Virus record (IMG/VR): IMGVR_UViG_3300027881_000007 | Coordinates: 49,345 to 113,344 of that record | Strand: one strand, 5' to 3' | Source: a virus | DNA: 64,000 nt | Part shown: one piece after another, positions 48,989 to 59,114 of the stretch | Layout of the letters: every line of letters begins with the position of its first letter | Numbering within the stretch: the first letter of the stretch is position 1 | Position numbers and translations under genes: made by a program | Notes under the pieces: generated by a model | Seen by the model: the letters and a program-made list of their open reading frames with translations, nothing else | What the model was told of the DNA's origin: nothing | The model's database searches: none

Positions 48989-49333
48989 TCATTTCTCTTC
49001 TAAGATTTTGTCAAGAGTGGTTCTACTCTCGAACTCCTCAATCTTCACCAATTCGTCGATTTCTTGTGGAACATCCATGACTAAATCTTTATCTACTTTT
49101 CTAGGTTTCTCAATTATATCTTCGACTTCATAATTCATAATTCCCCTAGACTTTATAATCATCATAACAGGACCAAATTCTTTATCAGTAACATCTAAGA
49201 TAACCGGACATCTCACTTCTTTCCCTCTAAACATAATCATGTGATTCGCTTCATGGATTTTCACTCTTCGTTTTTCTCTTTTCATTGGCACCTTCCGAAG
49301 ATCCAAAAAAATAGACTCAACAGTGAAGCACAA
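48989..49333 (-). CDS. hypothetical protein homologous to the N-domain of the C1 peptidase
   Basis: VRCPVILD...GIMNYEV versus VRTPCIID...GITDYVI. Confidence 0.6.
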   Translation of the reverse strand: MCFTVESIFLDLRKVPMKREKRRVKIHEANHMIMFRGKEVRCPVILDVTDKEFGPVMMIIKSRGIMNYEVEDIIEKPRKVDKDLVMDVPQEIDELVKIEEFESRTTLDKILEEK

Positions 49334-49359
49334 TTACTCCACTGTTGAGTTCAAAGTTC

Positions 49360-50286
49360 CTAAACCACAACTTCTTCTGAGTCAACCTCAGGAACTTCTT
49401 CTTCATCTTCAATTTGCTCTTTGAAGATTTGGAAGGCTTCATACATAGTTCCCTCGTCTTCGTCTTCGCCCTCACCAGCATTGCCCATTGCACCTTTTGC
49501 TTTGGGAGGACCAGGACCAACGCCAGCATCCTCAGTAACTTCTTCCTCTTCTTCTTTCTCTTCTTCTTTCTCTTCTCCACCTTCCATTTCCTCATCGACA
49601 TCTAACTCTTTTTCCTCTTCTTTTTCTTCCTCTTTTTCTTCGTCCTGCTCAGCGACCAGTTCTTCACCAGCTGCCTCCATTACTTCCTTTTCTTCACCTT
49701 CGCCTTCCTCATCTTCCTCTTCCATCTCGGAGATCAGCTTTTCAATGACCGCACTTTCAACAGAATCGTCGGTCTCTAGTTGAGCAGCTTTAACCTGATT
49801 GTCTGCATCTTTGCCCTTCCTTGGTGGAAGTTCTTTTTCATCTCCAGCAAGACCAGCTGGCTCCTCAGGGACAATCTGCTCAGCTACTTCTTCGGCTTCT
49901 TCCTCTTCCTCATCCGCTACCATCTCCTCTTCGGCCTGCTCCATGGCCATTGCTTTTTCGGTATCTTTCTTGGAGTCCTCAACGTCTTCTGGTACCTCTG
50001 GAAGAGCGGCCTTGTCTTTGCCAACAGTCACGATATCTTTGCTGACTACTGACTCTTCCTCATCCAAAGAGATGGTAACACCTTCATCTTGATCTTGCTC
50101 GAAGTAGTACCTCTCAAGAATGGACGCAGCGTCTTTATGGGTGGGAAGTTCACCGTCACCCTTATAGCTGAGGATAGGATCAAGGAACGGACCTACCGTG
50201 TCTACATTCTTTGGAACTTCAGTAAAATCTGAAAGTGCCTCTTTGAGTAAGTTGGCGTACGAAACTTTTTTGGTTTTCTCGCTCAT
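49360..50286 (-). CDS. highly acidic scaffold/core-like protein
   Basis: Glu-rich; GGAGG RBS; GAACAAA motif upstream. Confidence 0.65.
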   Translation of the reverse strand: MSEKTKKVSYANLLKEALSDFTEVPKNVDTVGPFLDPILSYKGDGELPTHKDAASILERYYFEQDQDEGVTISLDEEESVVSKDIVTVGKDKAALPEVPEDVEDSKKDTEKAMAMEQAEEEMVADEEEEEAEEVAEQIVPEEPAGLAGDEKELPPRKGKDADNQVKAAQLETDDSVESAVIEKLISEMEEEDEEGEGEEKEVMEAAGEELVAEQDEEKEEEKEEEKELDVDEEMEGGEEKEEEKEEEEEVTEDAGVGPGPPKAKGAMGNAGEGEDEDEGTMYEAFQIFKEQIEDEEEVPEVDSEEVVV

Positions 50287-50394
50287 AATAATTCCTCCCT
50301 AATTTTCTTTTACCTCCCTAAAAGTCATAATTTTTGTCACTCGTAATTTATTTTTTGTTCTTATTATATTTCAATCTTACAGTCAGATAATATC

Positions 50395-51909
50395 TCATAT
50401 TGACATGCCTGTAAAAGAGGCATCTGTAGGAGAAGTTGTTCCGAGATGTTTTTCAGGTCTTTCTTCTTTAGATACAGCAACAATATTACCATTCAAAAAT
50501 TTGTATCTCTCAAAATCTGCCCGAAAGTCAATCGCTACATTCGCTCGACCACTCCTGTTCTTTCCAACAAACATATGGACTAAATTCTCATGCTCAACAT
50601 TTCGAGCAAGTAATGCTACAAAGTCTGCATGCTCAACTTTCTTAATTGACTCAGACATCATACCGAGATGAAGTTCTCTTGCATTCTTTATCCCATCATA
50701 CACTTGACGACCTAACTGACTTGCTGTGATTACTGGAATTTTGTAATAACTTGAAAGGCCTTTGAGAGATAAAGCGATGTGTCCCAACTCTATCCTATAG
50801 TGTTCGTGCCTACGATCAGGTCTGAGTAAATCAAGATAATCAACATATATACCCTGTATTGTCTCTTCCCCATAAGTTGTCATTGCATCATTTATAACAG
50901 GCATAAGATCATTGGGAGTAATCGAATAAGCAGGGAAAAATCTCATGATTACTGTACTGTTAGTTCGCCTAAGTTTATCCATTATCATTTGTTTGATATT
51001 AACTCCATTCTTTATATCGTGTACAACTTGAGGAGTAGTCCTATCAAACAAAGGTTGGTATGTTCTTAAATACGCATCACTAAGAGAATTTTCAAGAGTT
51101 ATATAGATATAAACTTTTTCAATTTTATCACCTTGAGGTGGCGCACTAAATACATCAAGTTCAGTTGCAGAATTTATTATCATATTATTCAATAGAGTTG
51201 ACTTGCCCGCACTGGTACCCCCACCAAAAATATAAAGTCTTTCAGTCTCAAATCCTCCATGTAAGATACTACCATCAAAAACTTGAAAACCGGCCGAGAC
51301 TTTATTTTTACCTGTATATTTCTCAACTATTTCTTCTTGAATAGGAGTGTGATCATCTTCAACTAAATCAAGAGAAGCTGACGATTCAATATCTGACATT
51401 CGATTGTGTTCCATTACATTTACATATAATTCTTTTATTACGTGCTCTTGATTTTTTACTAAATCATCAATTGCTTCAAACGAACCATCCTTGATTAACT
51501 CAACTAATTTAACCAATTCATCATAATTGGCGAACATTGATACCGCTTTTCTGTGTGTTCTTATTTGCTCAATGTTCTTATTAACTTCTTGAGTTTCTAC
51601 TTGTTCATGTGCTGATGATTCAAGGAAGTCTTTTAAACTTTCATACTTCTTACCAAATCCTGTCAAACTTGCGATTATTGCATCATTGCCCGAACCTTCA
51701 AGTCGAAGACCACAAATTCTATTAAGACATTCAAACTTACTTTTTGCGGTAACTGAAATTCCAATCTTTTCTTTCTCTTGAAAGAATTCAAGTACGTCTA
51801 AAATATCTTTACATAAAGTGTTATCTCTCCTCACTTTGCTCCCCTCGGGCAACTTACAAAATAGAACCGAGAAGCAAATGTTGAGAAACGCCTCCGTTAT
51901 CATTCTCAC
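50395..51909 (-). CDS. dnaB: replicative DnaB-like helicase
   Basis: GGTSAGKST, ITLEN, VDYLDL, TASQLGR, SES..K.EHAD, KNRSG. Confidence 0.9.
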   Translation of the reverse strand: MRMITEAFLNICFSVLFCKLPEGSKVRRDNTLCKDILDVLEFFQEKEKIGISVTAKSKFECLNRICGLRLEGSGNDAIIASLTGFGKKYESLKDFLESSAHEQVETQEVNKNIEQIRTHRKAVSMFANYDELVKLVELIKDGSFEAIDDLVKNQEHVIKELYVNVMEHNRMSDIESSASLDLVEDDHTPIQEEIVEKYTGKNKVSAGFQVFDGSILHGGFETERLYIFGGGTSAGKSTLLNNMIINSATELDVFSAPPQGDKIEKVYIYITLENSLSDAYLRTYQPLFDRTTPQVVHDIKNGVNIKQMIMDKLRRTNSTVIMRFFPAYSITPNDLMPVINDAMTTYGEETIQGIYVDYLDLLRPDRRHEHYRIELGHIALSLKGLSSYYKIPVITASQLGRQVYDGIKNARELHLGMMSESIKKVEHADFVALLARNVEHENLVHMFVGKNRSGRANVAIDFRADFERYKFLNGNIVAVSKEERPEKHLGTTSPTDASFTGMSI

Positions 51910-52277
51910 TCCTTTCCAGTTAATTCTTCTAATATCTGCTTATCAATCTCCATTGCAATTTTGTTACTCATCACCTGAATAATTTCTCTATCAATCTGTT
52001 TCTGTGCCTTTAAAAAAGCTGTCTTCCCATGCCCTCTTGGATAGAGGATAGCAACTTGAGCGGCGGTCGAATCTATCGTAATATGACTAGATGAGTCCCA
52101 TGACGCTTCCAACATTTTTGGTGGTCTTTTTCCAACAACGTTTTCGACCCAATCTAAATATCCATCACCATTACATTCTGAACACCTAAATGGTACAGTT
52201 GTACTATACTCACCGCACTGATAGTATTTTCCCTTACCCTTACATTTTTCACATTCATACATTTCATATTCAGACAT
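51906..52277 (-). CDS. DnaJ-type zinc finger small protein
   Basis: CEKCKGKG...CSECNGDGYLDWVENVVG. Confidence 0.7.
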   Translation of the reverse strand: MSEYEMYECEKCKGKGKYYQCGEYSTTVPFRCSECNGDGYLDWVENVVGKRPPKMLEASWDSSSHITIDSTAAQVAILYPRGHGKTAFLKAQKQIDREIIQVMSNKIAMEIDKQILEELTGKE

Positions 52278-52542
52278 GTCTCATCCTATTATATAACCAT
52301 TCGAAAATTTTTCTTGCATACGATTTGTCTAACCAGTATTGCTGAGGTCTCGTGGGGTCAGGTCCAATTGCATTTCTAATCCAGTCAACCTTTCCTGCGG
52401 AACCACAGAGGGGACAAGAAATTGTTTCTTTGACTCCCCATTTGGGTTTATGAACTTTATAACCGGAACCTTTACACTCCGGGCATACAAGTTCACCCTC
52501 CTTCAGTTTTAGCTTCAGCCACCGGCGCAATAATACCATCAT
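52270..52542 (-). CDS. DnaJ-type zinc finger small protein
   Basis: CPECKGSG...CPLCGSAGKVDW. Confidence 0.7.
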   Translation of the reverse strand: MMVLLRRWLKLKLKEGELVCPECKGSGYKVHKPKWGVKETISCPLCGSAGKVDWIRNAIGPDPTRPQQYWLDKSYARKIFEWLYNRMRHV

Positions 52543-52931
52543 AGAGTACTCGTCTCGCTTTCTCTTCTACTTCTTTTACAGCTTCATATAGATCTTTGCG
52601 TGCTTGATCAGTTGGAGGTGTCATTTTTCCAAACATCTTTCCATATGGACTTTTCAACATTTCTTCATGTCTTTCCATTTCTGCATCAATCTCAGCTATA
52701 ACTTTCACCCTCCACATTTGTAATACAACTTCTATAATAGCCTTTGGATCAGCATCAATACTCTTTCTAAATCCTTCTTCTTCTGTTAGATACATAACCC
52801 AAAATTTGAAAGATATTAGAGCAAGACCTCCAAGAAACTCTGACCATAAATAGTAGAAGGGCGTATCATGGTCTTTCACTCCAGCCAACTTCTTTGCAAA
52901 AAAAGCAGCCGCTTCTTCTTTTTCTTTTTCC

Positions 52932-53162
52932 TTAGTCGACTCTGACGACTCTTCCTGTTTTTCTATCATATTTAAACGTGCTCCCATAAGACTTTGGATG
53001 TTTACCCACAACGTTCTCAACCCAATCTAGTTTTCCATCTCCATGACAAGTATGACAAATAGTAGCTGCTACAAATCCACAACCTTTACAATCTTGACAT
53101 TCAACATCACTCGGGTTGGACTTTTCTGTAGTGTTTTGTAATTCTTCTTGGTTTGCCATCAT
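52932..53162 (-). CDS. DnaJ-type zinc finger small protein
   Basis: CQDCKGCG...CHTCHGDGKLDWVENVVG. Confidence 0.7.
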   Translation of the reverse strand: MMANQEELQNTTEKSNPSDVECQDCKGCGFVAATICHTCHGDGKLDWVENVVGKHPKSYGSTFKYDRKTGRVVRVD

Positions 53163-53367
53163 CTTTACCCATCATACCTTTGACCCAGTCTTGAAACTTA
53201 CCCTCTCCTAAGCAATGAGGGCAAGTTCCTACTGTAACTGAGTCTTCTGTTATTTCTTTTAAAATACCATCCCCATCACATATACTACAAAAGACCTCGC
53301 CTTCTTTAAGACAAGGTCTTATTCTCTTTACCCGATAGGTTACCTTTTTAACCATACGTCTTTTCAA
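53107..53367 (-). CDS. DnaJ-type zinc finger small protein
   Basis: CSICDGDG...CPHCLGEGKFQDW. Confidence 0.7.
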   Translation of the reverse strand: MKRRMVKKVTYRVKRIRPCLKEGEVFCSICDGDGILKEITEDSVTVGTCPHCLGEGKFQDWVKGMMGKDDGKPRRITKHYRKVQPE

Positions 53368-53935
53368 CTTTGAGACGCTTCGACCATCCCCTCATATACT
53401 TTTCCAACTTGGGGTTGTTCCCAGTTATACTCGCATACCTAGCACCCTGGAAAATATTCAACCAGAGAAGAACGAGTTCAGGTGGGTCATAACTGAGAAG
53501 GGTATTGAGGGATTTAATTGTGTTCTTTCCAACATCGCCATCTTCTACAATATCAGAATAAAGATGTCCCTCTCTATTCAAGAGATTCAGAGTCTGCTGG
53601 AGAAACTTAGATGCCTGGTAGGTACCCATGTTTACACCAGTATCAAACATTTCAATTGCAATATCATCGTCTGGAATAATATCCCCACAGAGAGGATCCC
53701 AGAATTTCAATTTATAAAAGTCTTTGATGCAGTCTTGTAAATCATCATCTCCATCAAGATTCTTAGGAAAATTGGGTTGACTTTTCTTGCCATCAATCAC
53801 AATCCAGCCCTTCCAAGTTGGATGTCTATCCCTTGCAACACCCTTGTAGGTTTCCCCACCCGGATCGTCAGGATCGTGACTATAGCCGCCTTCGTGACCC
53901 ATTGTTACTTCGAATGCTTTATCAAAATCTGCCAT
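53348..53935 (-). CDS. endolysin, glycoside hydrolase family 108 with peptidoglycan-binding domain
   Basis: HEGGYSHDPDDPGGETYKG, FDTGVNMG, DGDVGKNT, RGW..R. Confidence 0.9.
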   Translation of the reverse strand: MADFDKAFEVTMGHEGGYSHDPDDPGGETYKGVARDRHPTWKGWIVIDGKKSQPNFPKNLDGDDDLQDCIKDFYKLKFWDPLCGDIIPDDDIAIEMFDTGVNMGTYQASKFLQQTLNLLNREGHLYSDIVEDGDVGKNTIKSLNTLLSYDPPELVLLWLNIFQGARYASITGNNPKLEKYMRGWSKRLKVEKTYG

Positions 53936-54179
53936 CTTCTCCTCCTTGAAAGTTTTGTTTAGCTTTCCCTACTATATTCTCTACCCAATCAACTTTTCCT
54001 GTCTCATTACATTTTTCGCAATTTTTGATCCACCTATTTCTGTAGTAGGGTTTATCATAAGGCCATTCCCCTACTCCTTCTTGCCTATAAACAACTCCCC
54101 ACCCATTGCAGTCACCACATATTAGTTCACCTTCTTTTAATTCAATTTTGTGATTCTCAGTATCTACAACAGGTTTCAT
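53922..54179 (-). CDS. DnaJ-type zinc finger small protein
   Basis: CGDCNGWG...CEKCNETGKVDWVENIVG. Confidence 0.7.
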   Translation of the reverse strand: MKPVVDTENHKIELKEGELICGDCNGWGVVYRQEGVGEWPYDKPYYRNRWIKNCEKCNETGKVDWVENIVGKAKQNFQGGEDGRF

Positions 54180-54484
54180 CTTATTCTCTTCCCATCAGTT
54201 GGATCAACTACAATTCCCGTTGCTGCTCTTGGTCTCCAATCATCACCCTTTTTATTTTCTTCTCTTTTGCCAACAATGTTCTCAACCCAATCAAGTTTTC
54301 CCTCTCCAAGACATCTTGGGCATTGAACATAAATAGTTCGAAGTTCACCATCCTCGTTCATAACTCTTCCCCAACCATTACACGGTTCACATAAGTACTC
54401 ATTCTCGAGAAGAGTTATATTGTCATTTATATGATCTACAAGTGGCCGTACTATAATTGGTTTCATTAGAACCTCAATGGACAA
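54176..54484 (-). CDS. DnaJ-type zinc finger small protein
   Basis: CEPCNGWG...CPRCLGEGKLDWVENIVG. Confidence 0.7.
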   Translation of the reverse strand: MSIEVLMKPIIVRPLVDHINDNITLLENEYLCEPCNGWGRVMNEDGELRTIYVQCPRCLGEGKLDWVENIVGKREENKKGDDWRPRAATGIVVDPTDGKRIR

Positions 54485-55872
54485 GATGGATCTAAATGTA
54501 TAAACTCATCTTTCGCTAAAAATCTATCAACTACATATTTACAATAACCTTCATCTAGAGTTGTTAGCATGTCCAATGACCTTATTAAACTATTTGTCTT
54601 TGCTTTTTGTTTTCTTGTTATTCTTTCATGGTTGAACTTCCTTGTTACCATTTCAACCCCTCTAGTAAACTCTTCTAACTCCCTTGCTTCATATAAAGGA
54701 TATAGCTCATCTGAATATCGTTTAGCTACCTCTTGTATCTGTCTCATAGACTCCAAAGAGTACAACATTGAATAAATCTTTACAGGATCATGGAAAGTTC
54801 CCATTCCATCCTTTTGATATATATCCGAAGCGCTTGTCAATGACATTCTCTTAAAACCATATTGATCAGCCATAGAGTTTAGTTCATTACTATATGCATC
54901 AAGTACTGACCGATTGTTTCTGCCAAATCTTTTATCAAGATTGTTTGTCTTCACATACATCTTTACAACCATGTCATTTTCTTCATCATAAACCAATATA
55001 TATCTCGCTCGATTCAACTGTTTAAATGCCGCTCCAGCAGAGTCGTAAGATATAACTAAATCTATGTTGTGGACTTTCTTGACATGAGTCTTAAAAAATT
55101 CATAGAAAAATATGTCTCTTGGATTGCCGATCCCAAGAACGTGAAAATGTAAATAGTTTCTATTATTTCTTTTTACTTCATTTAGCAACGGAATCAATGG
55201 GATGATATAAGTAATACATGGAGTGTTTGCGTCAGATGCAAGATTTGCAACCATACCTCCAGTCCCATGATGCTCAAACTCTGCAAACAGATTATCATCT
55301 CGCATAATCTTCATAAATATATCCCAAAGAGCAGGAGTTCTGAAATGATGAATGTAAACTAGTTTTCTTTTAACATCACTTGGAAGATTAGCAGCTCTAG
55401 TATAAGACTGATAATTCCACCTGTATATATCATCATATACCTTAAAGAAATCAGGATGTCCTCCTTGACCCGGAGGCAGGTCTAATAAAAATGCTCGATC
55501 ATATACATCTTTATGTGTTACTAAAAAGTCGTGATATATATCCAAGAGACCCTTTGTCTGTTCCAAGTTTAAATCACCCATACTAACTTGAAACCCTCCA
55601 GAGTCAACTACAATTTCAGAATTACTAAATATAGTTCCTTCTTTCATACCTCTTAACATCTTAGCTTCATTATCAGCATAACCTTCCATATTCTTTCTCT
55701 TCCGAAGGTTCTGCCCAAAAGAATGAAGAAACATATTACAAGTTTGACCAAAAAAACTTGAAAGGTCATTACGAGTAAAATGGTTGTCAAAACCCCTCTC
55801 AGGATCCCTATAAAAGTTCTCCAGTATATTGTTTAGGGTTTGGACTCCTGCACAAATGTAATCTGATGCCAT
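54466..55872 (-). CDS. TGT-fold transglycosylase (DpdA/TGT-like), copy 1
   Basis: VVDSGGFQ, HFHVLG, SYDS; QueE nearby. Confidence 0.7.
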   Translation of the reverse strand: MASDYICAGVQTLNNILENFYRDPERGFDNHFTRNDLSSFFGQTCNMFLHSFGQNLRKRKNMEGYADNEAKMLRGMKEGTIFSNSEIVVDSGGFQVSMGDLNLEQTKGLLDIYHDFLVTHKDVYDRAFLLDLPPGQGGHPDFFKVYDDIYRWNYQSYTRAANLPSDVKRKLVYIHHFRTPALWDIFMKIMRDDNLFAEFEHHGTGGMVANLASDANTPCITYIIPLIPLLNEVKRNNRNYLHFHVLGIGNPRDIFFYEFFKTHVKKVHNIDLVISYDSAGAAFKQLNRARYILVYDEENDMVVKMYVKTNNLDKRFGRNNRSVLDAYSNELNSMADQYGFKRMSLTSASDIYQKDGMGTFHDPVKIYSMLYSLESMRQIQEVAKRYSDELYPLYEARELEEFTRGVEMVTRKFNHERITRKQKAKTNSLIRSLDMLTTLDEGYCKYVVDRFLAKDEFIHLDPSCPLRF

Positions 55873-56016
55873 AATACACTCCTATCTCAATTTTTTATTT
55901 GTTCCTTATTACAAAAAAATATACCGGGTAAGTCAAAGTATAAAATGGAATGAGTTTGACAGGTTAGAACTCACTTGGCAGATTTATAATATAGAACCAA
56001 TCTACAGGCAGCTTCA

Positions 56017-57510
56017 CTAGAATCTCAACGGGCAAGATGGATCAAGATGTTTAAACTCATCTTTTGCTAAGTACCTATTAACTACATATTCACAATGATC
56101 TTCATCGAGACTTGACAACATATCTAATGATCTTCTCAAACTATTTGTTTTTGCTTTTTGCTTTCTTGTTATTCGTTCATGGTTAAACTTTCTTGTAACT
56201 AATTCAACCTCCCTATTAAACTCTTCTAACTCCCCCGCTTCATATAGAGGGTATAACTTATCTGAATGATACTTTGAGACTTCTTGAATTTTTCTTACTG
56301 ATTCTATCGAGTATAGCATTGAGTAAACTTTTATAGTATCATAAAAAGTTCCCCAACCACTACCATGACATTTACTGCACTGGTTTCCTGCCCCATTAGT
56401 ACCAGCTCCATCACAACCTTCACACACTTGATAGACGTCAGAGATATCTCTTATTGGGACCTTTGAAAACTTATATTCATGTGCCATTTTATTTATTTCA
56501 TCATTATAAGTATCAATTACTAACTTATCCTTTCTACCAAATCTTTTTATTAACTCATTAGTTTTCAGGTACATCTTTACGATCATATCATTAACTCCAT
56601 CATAAACAGGTATATATCTTGCATTAAGTAGCTGGTGAAACATTGCTCCAGCAGAGTCATAAGATATGTGTAAGTCTATATTATGAATTTTCTTAACATG
56701 AGTCTTGAAAAACTCATAGAAAAATATATCTCGTGGATTACCAATTCCAAGTACATGAAAATGTAAATAATCTCTATTATCTTTTATTGCTTCATTTAGT
56801 AGTGGGATCAACGGGAGAATATAAGTAATACATGGAGTATTGGTATCAGATGCTAAATTTGCAACCATGCCTCCAGTTCCGTGGTACTTAAACTCCTTAA
56901 ATAAATTATTATCCCGCATGATCTTTATAAATATCTTCCAAAGAGCTGGTGTTCTAAAATGATGAATATAAATTATTTTATCTCTAACATAGTTTGGAAA
57001 CCTAGCAGCCCTAGTATATGATCGAAGATTCCAGTAATATATATCATTAAAATCTTTGAAAAACTTCGGATTTTTGCCTTGACCAGGAACAAAGTCTAAA
57101 GTAAAGGCTCTATCATAATCTTTATAATGATTGTATAGAAAGCGATGATACATCTGATCAAGTACCTTTGACTGATCTTCATCTAAACGACCTTTACTGA
57201 CTTGATAACCACCCGAATCAACTACTAATTCAGTCCTAGTAAATATAAGTCTCTGCCTCATATTCCTCAGTAACTTAACTTCTGATTTATTATATTTATC
57301 CATAGCTTTAGTATCTTCGATACCAATCCTTTTATTATTTGGTAAATTTTGTCCAAAAGAGTGAAGAAAAGAATTACAGGTTTGACCAAAGAACCTCGAA
57401 AGGTCAATACGAGTAAAATTATTCATAAAACCTCTATGAGGATCTCTATAAAAATTCTCCAATATACTATTTACAGTTTGAGCGCCTGCACACATATAAT
57501 CTGATGCCAT
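56017..57510 (-). CDS. TGT-fold transglycosylase (DpdA/TGT-like), copy 2 with Zn-finger insert
   Basis: VVDSGGYQ, HFHVLG, SYDS; insert CEGCDGAG...CSKCHGSG. Confidence 0.7.
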   Translation of the reverse strand: MASDYMCAGAQTVNSILENFYRDPHRGFMNNFTRIDLSRFFGQTCNSFLHSFGQNLPNNKRIGIEDTKAMDKYNKSEVKLLRNMRQRLIFTRTELVVDSGGYQVSKGRLDEDQSKVLDQMYHRFLYNHYKDYDRAFTLDFVPGQGKNPKFFKDFNDIYYWNLRSYTRAARFPNYVRDKIIYIHHFRTPALWKIFIKIMRDNNLFKEFKYHGTGGMVANLASDTNTPCITYILPLIPLLNEAIKDNRDYLHFHVLGIGNPRDIFFYEFFKTHVKKIHNIDLHISYDSAGAMFHQLLNARYIPVYDGVNDMIVKMYLKTNELIKRFGRKDKLVIDTYNDEINKMAHEYKFSKVPIRDISDVYQVCEGCDGAGTNGAGNQCSKCHGSGWGTFYDTIKVYSMLYSIESVRKIQEVSKYHSDKLYPLYEAGELEEFNREVELVTRKFNHERITRKQKAKTNSLRRSLDMLSSLDEDHCEYVVNRYLAKDEFKHLDPSCPLRF

Positions 57511-57599
57511 AACACACTCCTATCTCGATTTTTATTTGTTCCTTATTATAAAAAAATATACCTGGAAAGTCAAGTATAAAATAGAATGGGTTTAACGGG

Positions 57600-58085
57600 T
57601 TAGTACTTACCTGGCAGGTTTATAATATAGAACCTATCATCGAGATATTCTCTAAGAATTGGTTTCACCTCAGAAAGCCATTTAAGCTTCCCATTGTGAC
57701 AACCAGGTCTCGGTAGGATTACTTTTTCCCAGCCCATATTGTTAGTTAACCAAACTAAAGATCTTGTTGAAATGTCGACCAAATCTTTATCTGCCTTCTC
57801 CCACCAATTGTGTTTTACAGGAAAAGCAACAATATCAGTATCAATGACTTTATGAATAATCTGAACTATATTTCCATTCTCCTTAATTAAGTTGCCTAGA
57901 GTTCTATCAATACCATCGAACTTATCTCTTGCCTGTTTAGCGTTTCCGGCTCCCATTACACAGCAGCCGTTCTTCTTTACAAATCCATTTGTAGTAAGAC
58001 ATATTGCATCAGCGAGATTGACCACCTTTTCGCTGAACATGTCTGCCACTATCTCTTTCATTTTCTTTCTCTCTATGATACTCAT
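57600..58085 (-). CDS. macrodomain (ADP-ribose-related) protein
   Basis: ADAICLTTN...VMGAGNAK, FPVK..W, LPRPGC.NG.L.W. Confidence 0.8.
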   Translation of the reverse strand: MSIIERKKMKEIVADMFSEKVVNLADAICLTTNGFVKKNGCCVMGAGNAKQARDKFDGIDRTLGNLIKENGNIVQIIHKVIDTDIVAFPVKHNWWEKADKDLVDISTRSLVWLTNNMGWEKVILPRPGCHNGKLKWLSEVKPILREYLDDRFYIINLPGKY

Positions 58086-58175
58086 CTATTTTTTCTTGAA
58101 TCTCTTTCGGTGGTGGACCTGGACCAGTTAAGTGAGGTGCATTTAGCTTCTGATTAATTGATCCTCGAATCATAA

Positions 58176-59039
58176 TTATTCTCCTTCAAATTTATAACCA
58201 TCCTCTTTCATTCTTAAACATTTTGCTAAGTCAAACGTATAATCATAAATATGAAGTCCTTTTGAAGCACATACCATTTGTCCATCTTCAACTCCAATCT
58301 CAGCTGCCATGTACTCCTTTAACAACTGAATTGCAGCTAGGTTTGCAGGCAAACCACTCCAGAGATCCCATGACCTGAAATAAGGAAAGAAGTGGAGTTT
58401 TCCATCTTGAACTCTTGTATCAATGTGTCTCAAACATGGAGGGTCTTTTAGGACAATATCACTTGGATTAGCAACTTGGAGAACCATCTGATTATTCCTA
58501 TGACCCTTATTTTTGTATGTCCATATTACCCAATTAATTTGACTAAGGAAGTACATCTCACTCCCTTGAAAATCAAACTCAAGGGGTACAACTTCCCTAT
58601 CATCCCAGCATTCATCAGTGTAAACCAAACATTCTTCGTCTGTCTTAAGACCATCTAAGAATTCTTTCCTTCTATACCAATAGTCAAGAGGCATGGAAAC
58701 TTTATTTATTCTCTGACCATAAGTATATGATTCGTGCTCAGAAACTAAGTCTGTCATTAGGTAAGGAAGGTAATCATTTATGTATTCATCTTCAACTGGA
58801 TTTGGCATACTATATTGCTCAGGTATCTGAGGTAAGAGGCGCTTTGCATCAGGCAAATAAGATTGAGGTTTGTTACTTGGATCTCTAACACGAAATACAA
58901 CATAATCAAACTCAAGTCGTTTCTGGCCCGCATATGAACCTTGGTCGATTTTAAATACTCGACCATTTTCAATCATTTCATATAACAGTCTAAACCATGT
59001 GTCTTCGAGTGTCGTTGCTTCGACTTTTACTACGTTCAT
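58176..59039 (-). CDS. thyA: thymidylate synthase family protein
   Basis: YTYGQR, DPPCL, FRSWD...GLPAN, HIY. Confidence 0.85.
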   Translation of the reverse strand: MNVVKVEATTLEDTWFRLLYEMIENGRVFKIDQGSYAGQKRLEFDYVVFRVRDPSNKPQSYLPDAKRLLPQIPEQYSMPNPVEDEYINDYLPYLMTDLVSEHESYTYGQRINKVSMPLDYWYRRKEFLDGLKTDEECLVYTDECWDDREVVPLEFDFQGSEMYFLSQINWVIWTYKNKGHRNNQMVLQVANPSDIVLKDPPCLRHIDTRVQDGKLHFFPYFRSWDLWSGLPANLAAIQLLKEYMAAEIGVEDGQMVCASKGLHIYDYTFDLAKCLRMKEDGYKFEGE

Positions 59040-59114
59040 GTTTCACCTCTGGGGGTTCTGTTGTTGACGTGGTACTCCAAAAATCCCCATGTATAGTGGT
59101 AGTCATCGTCATGG

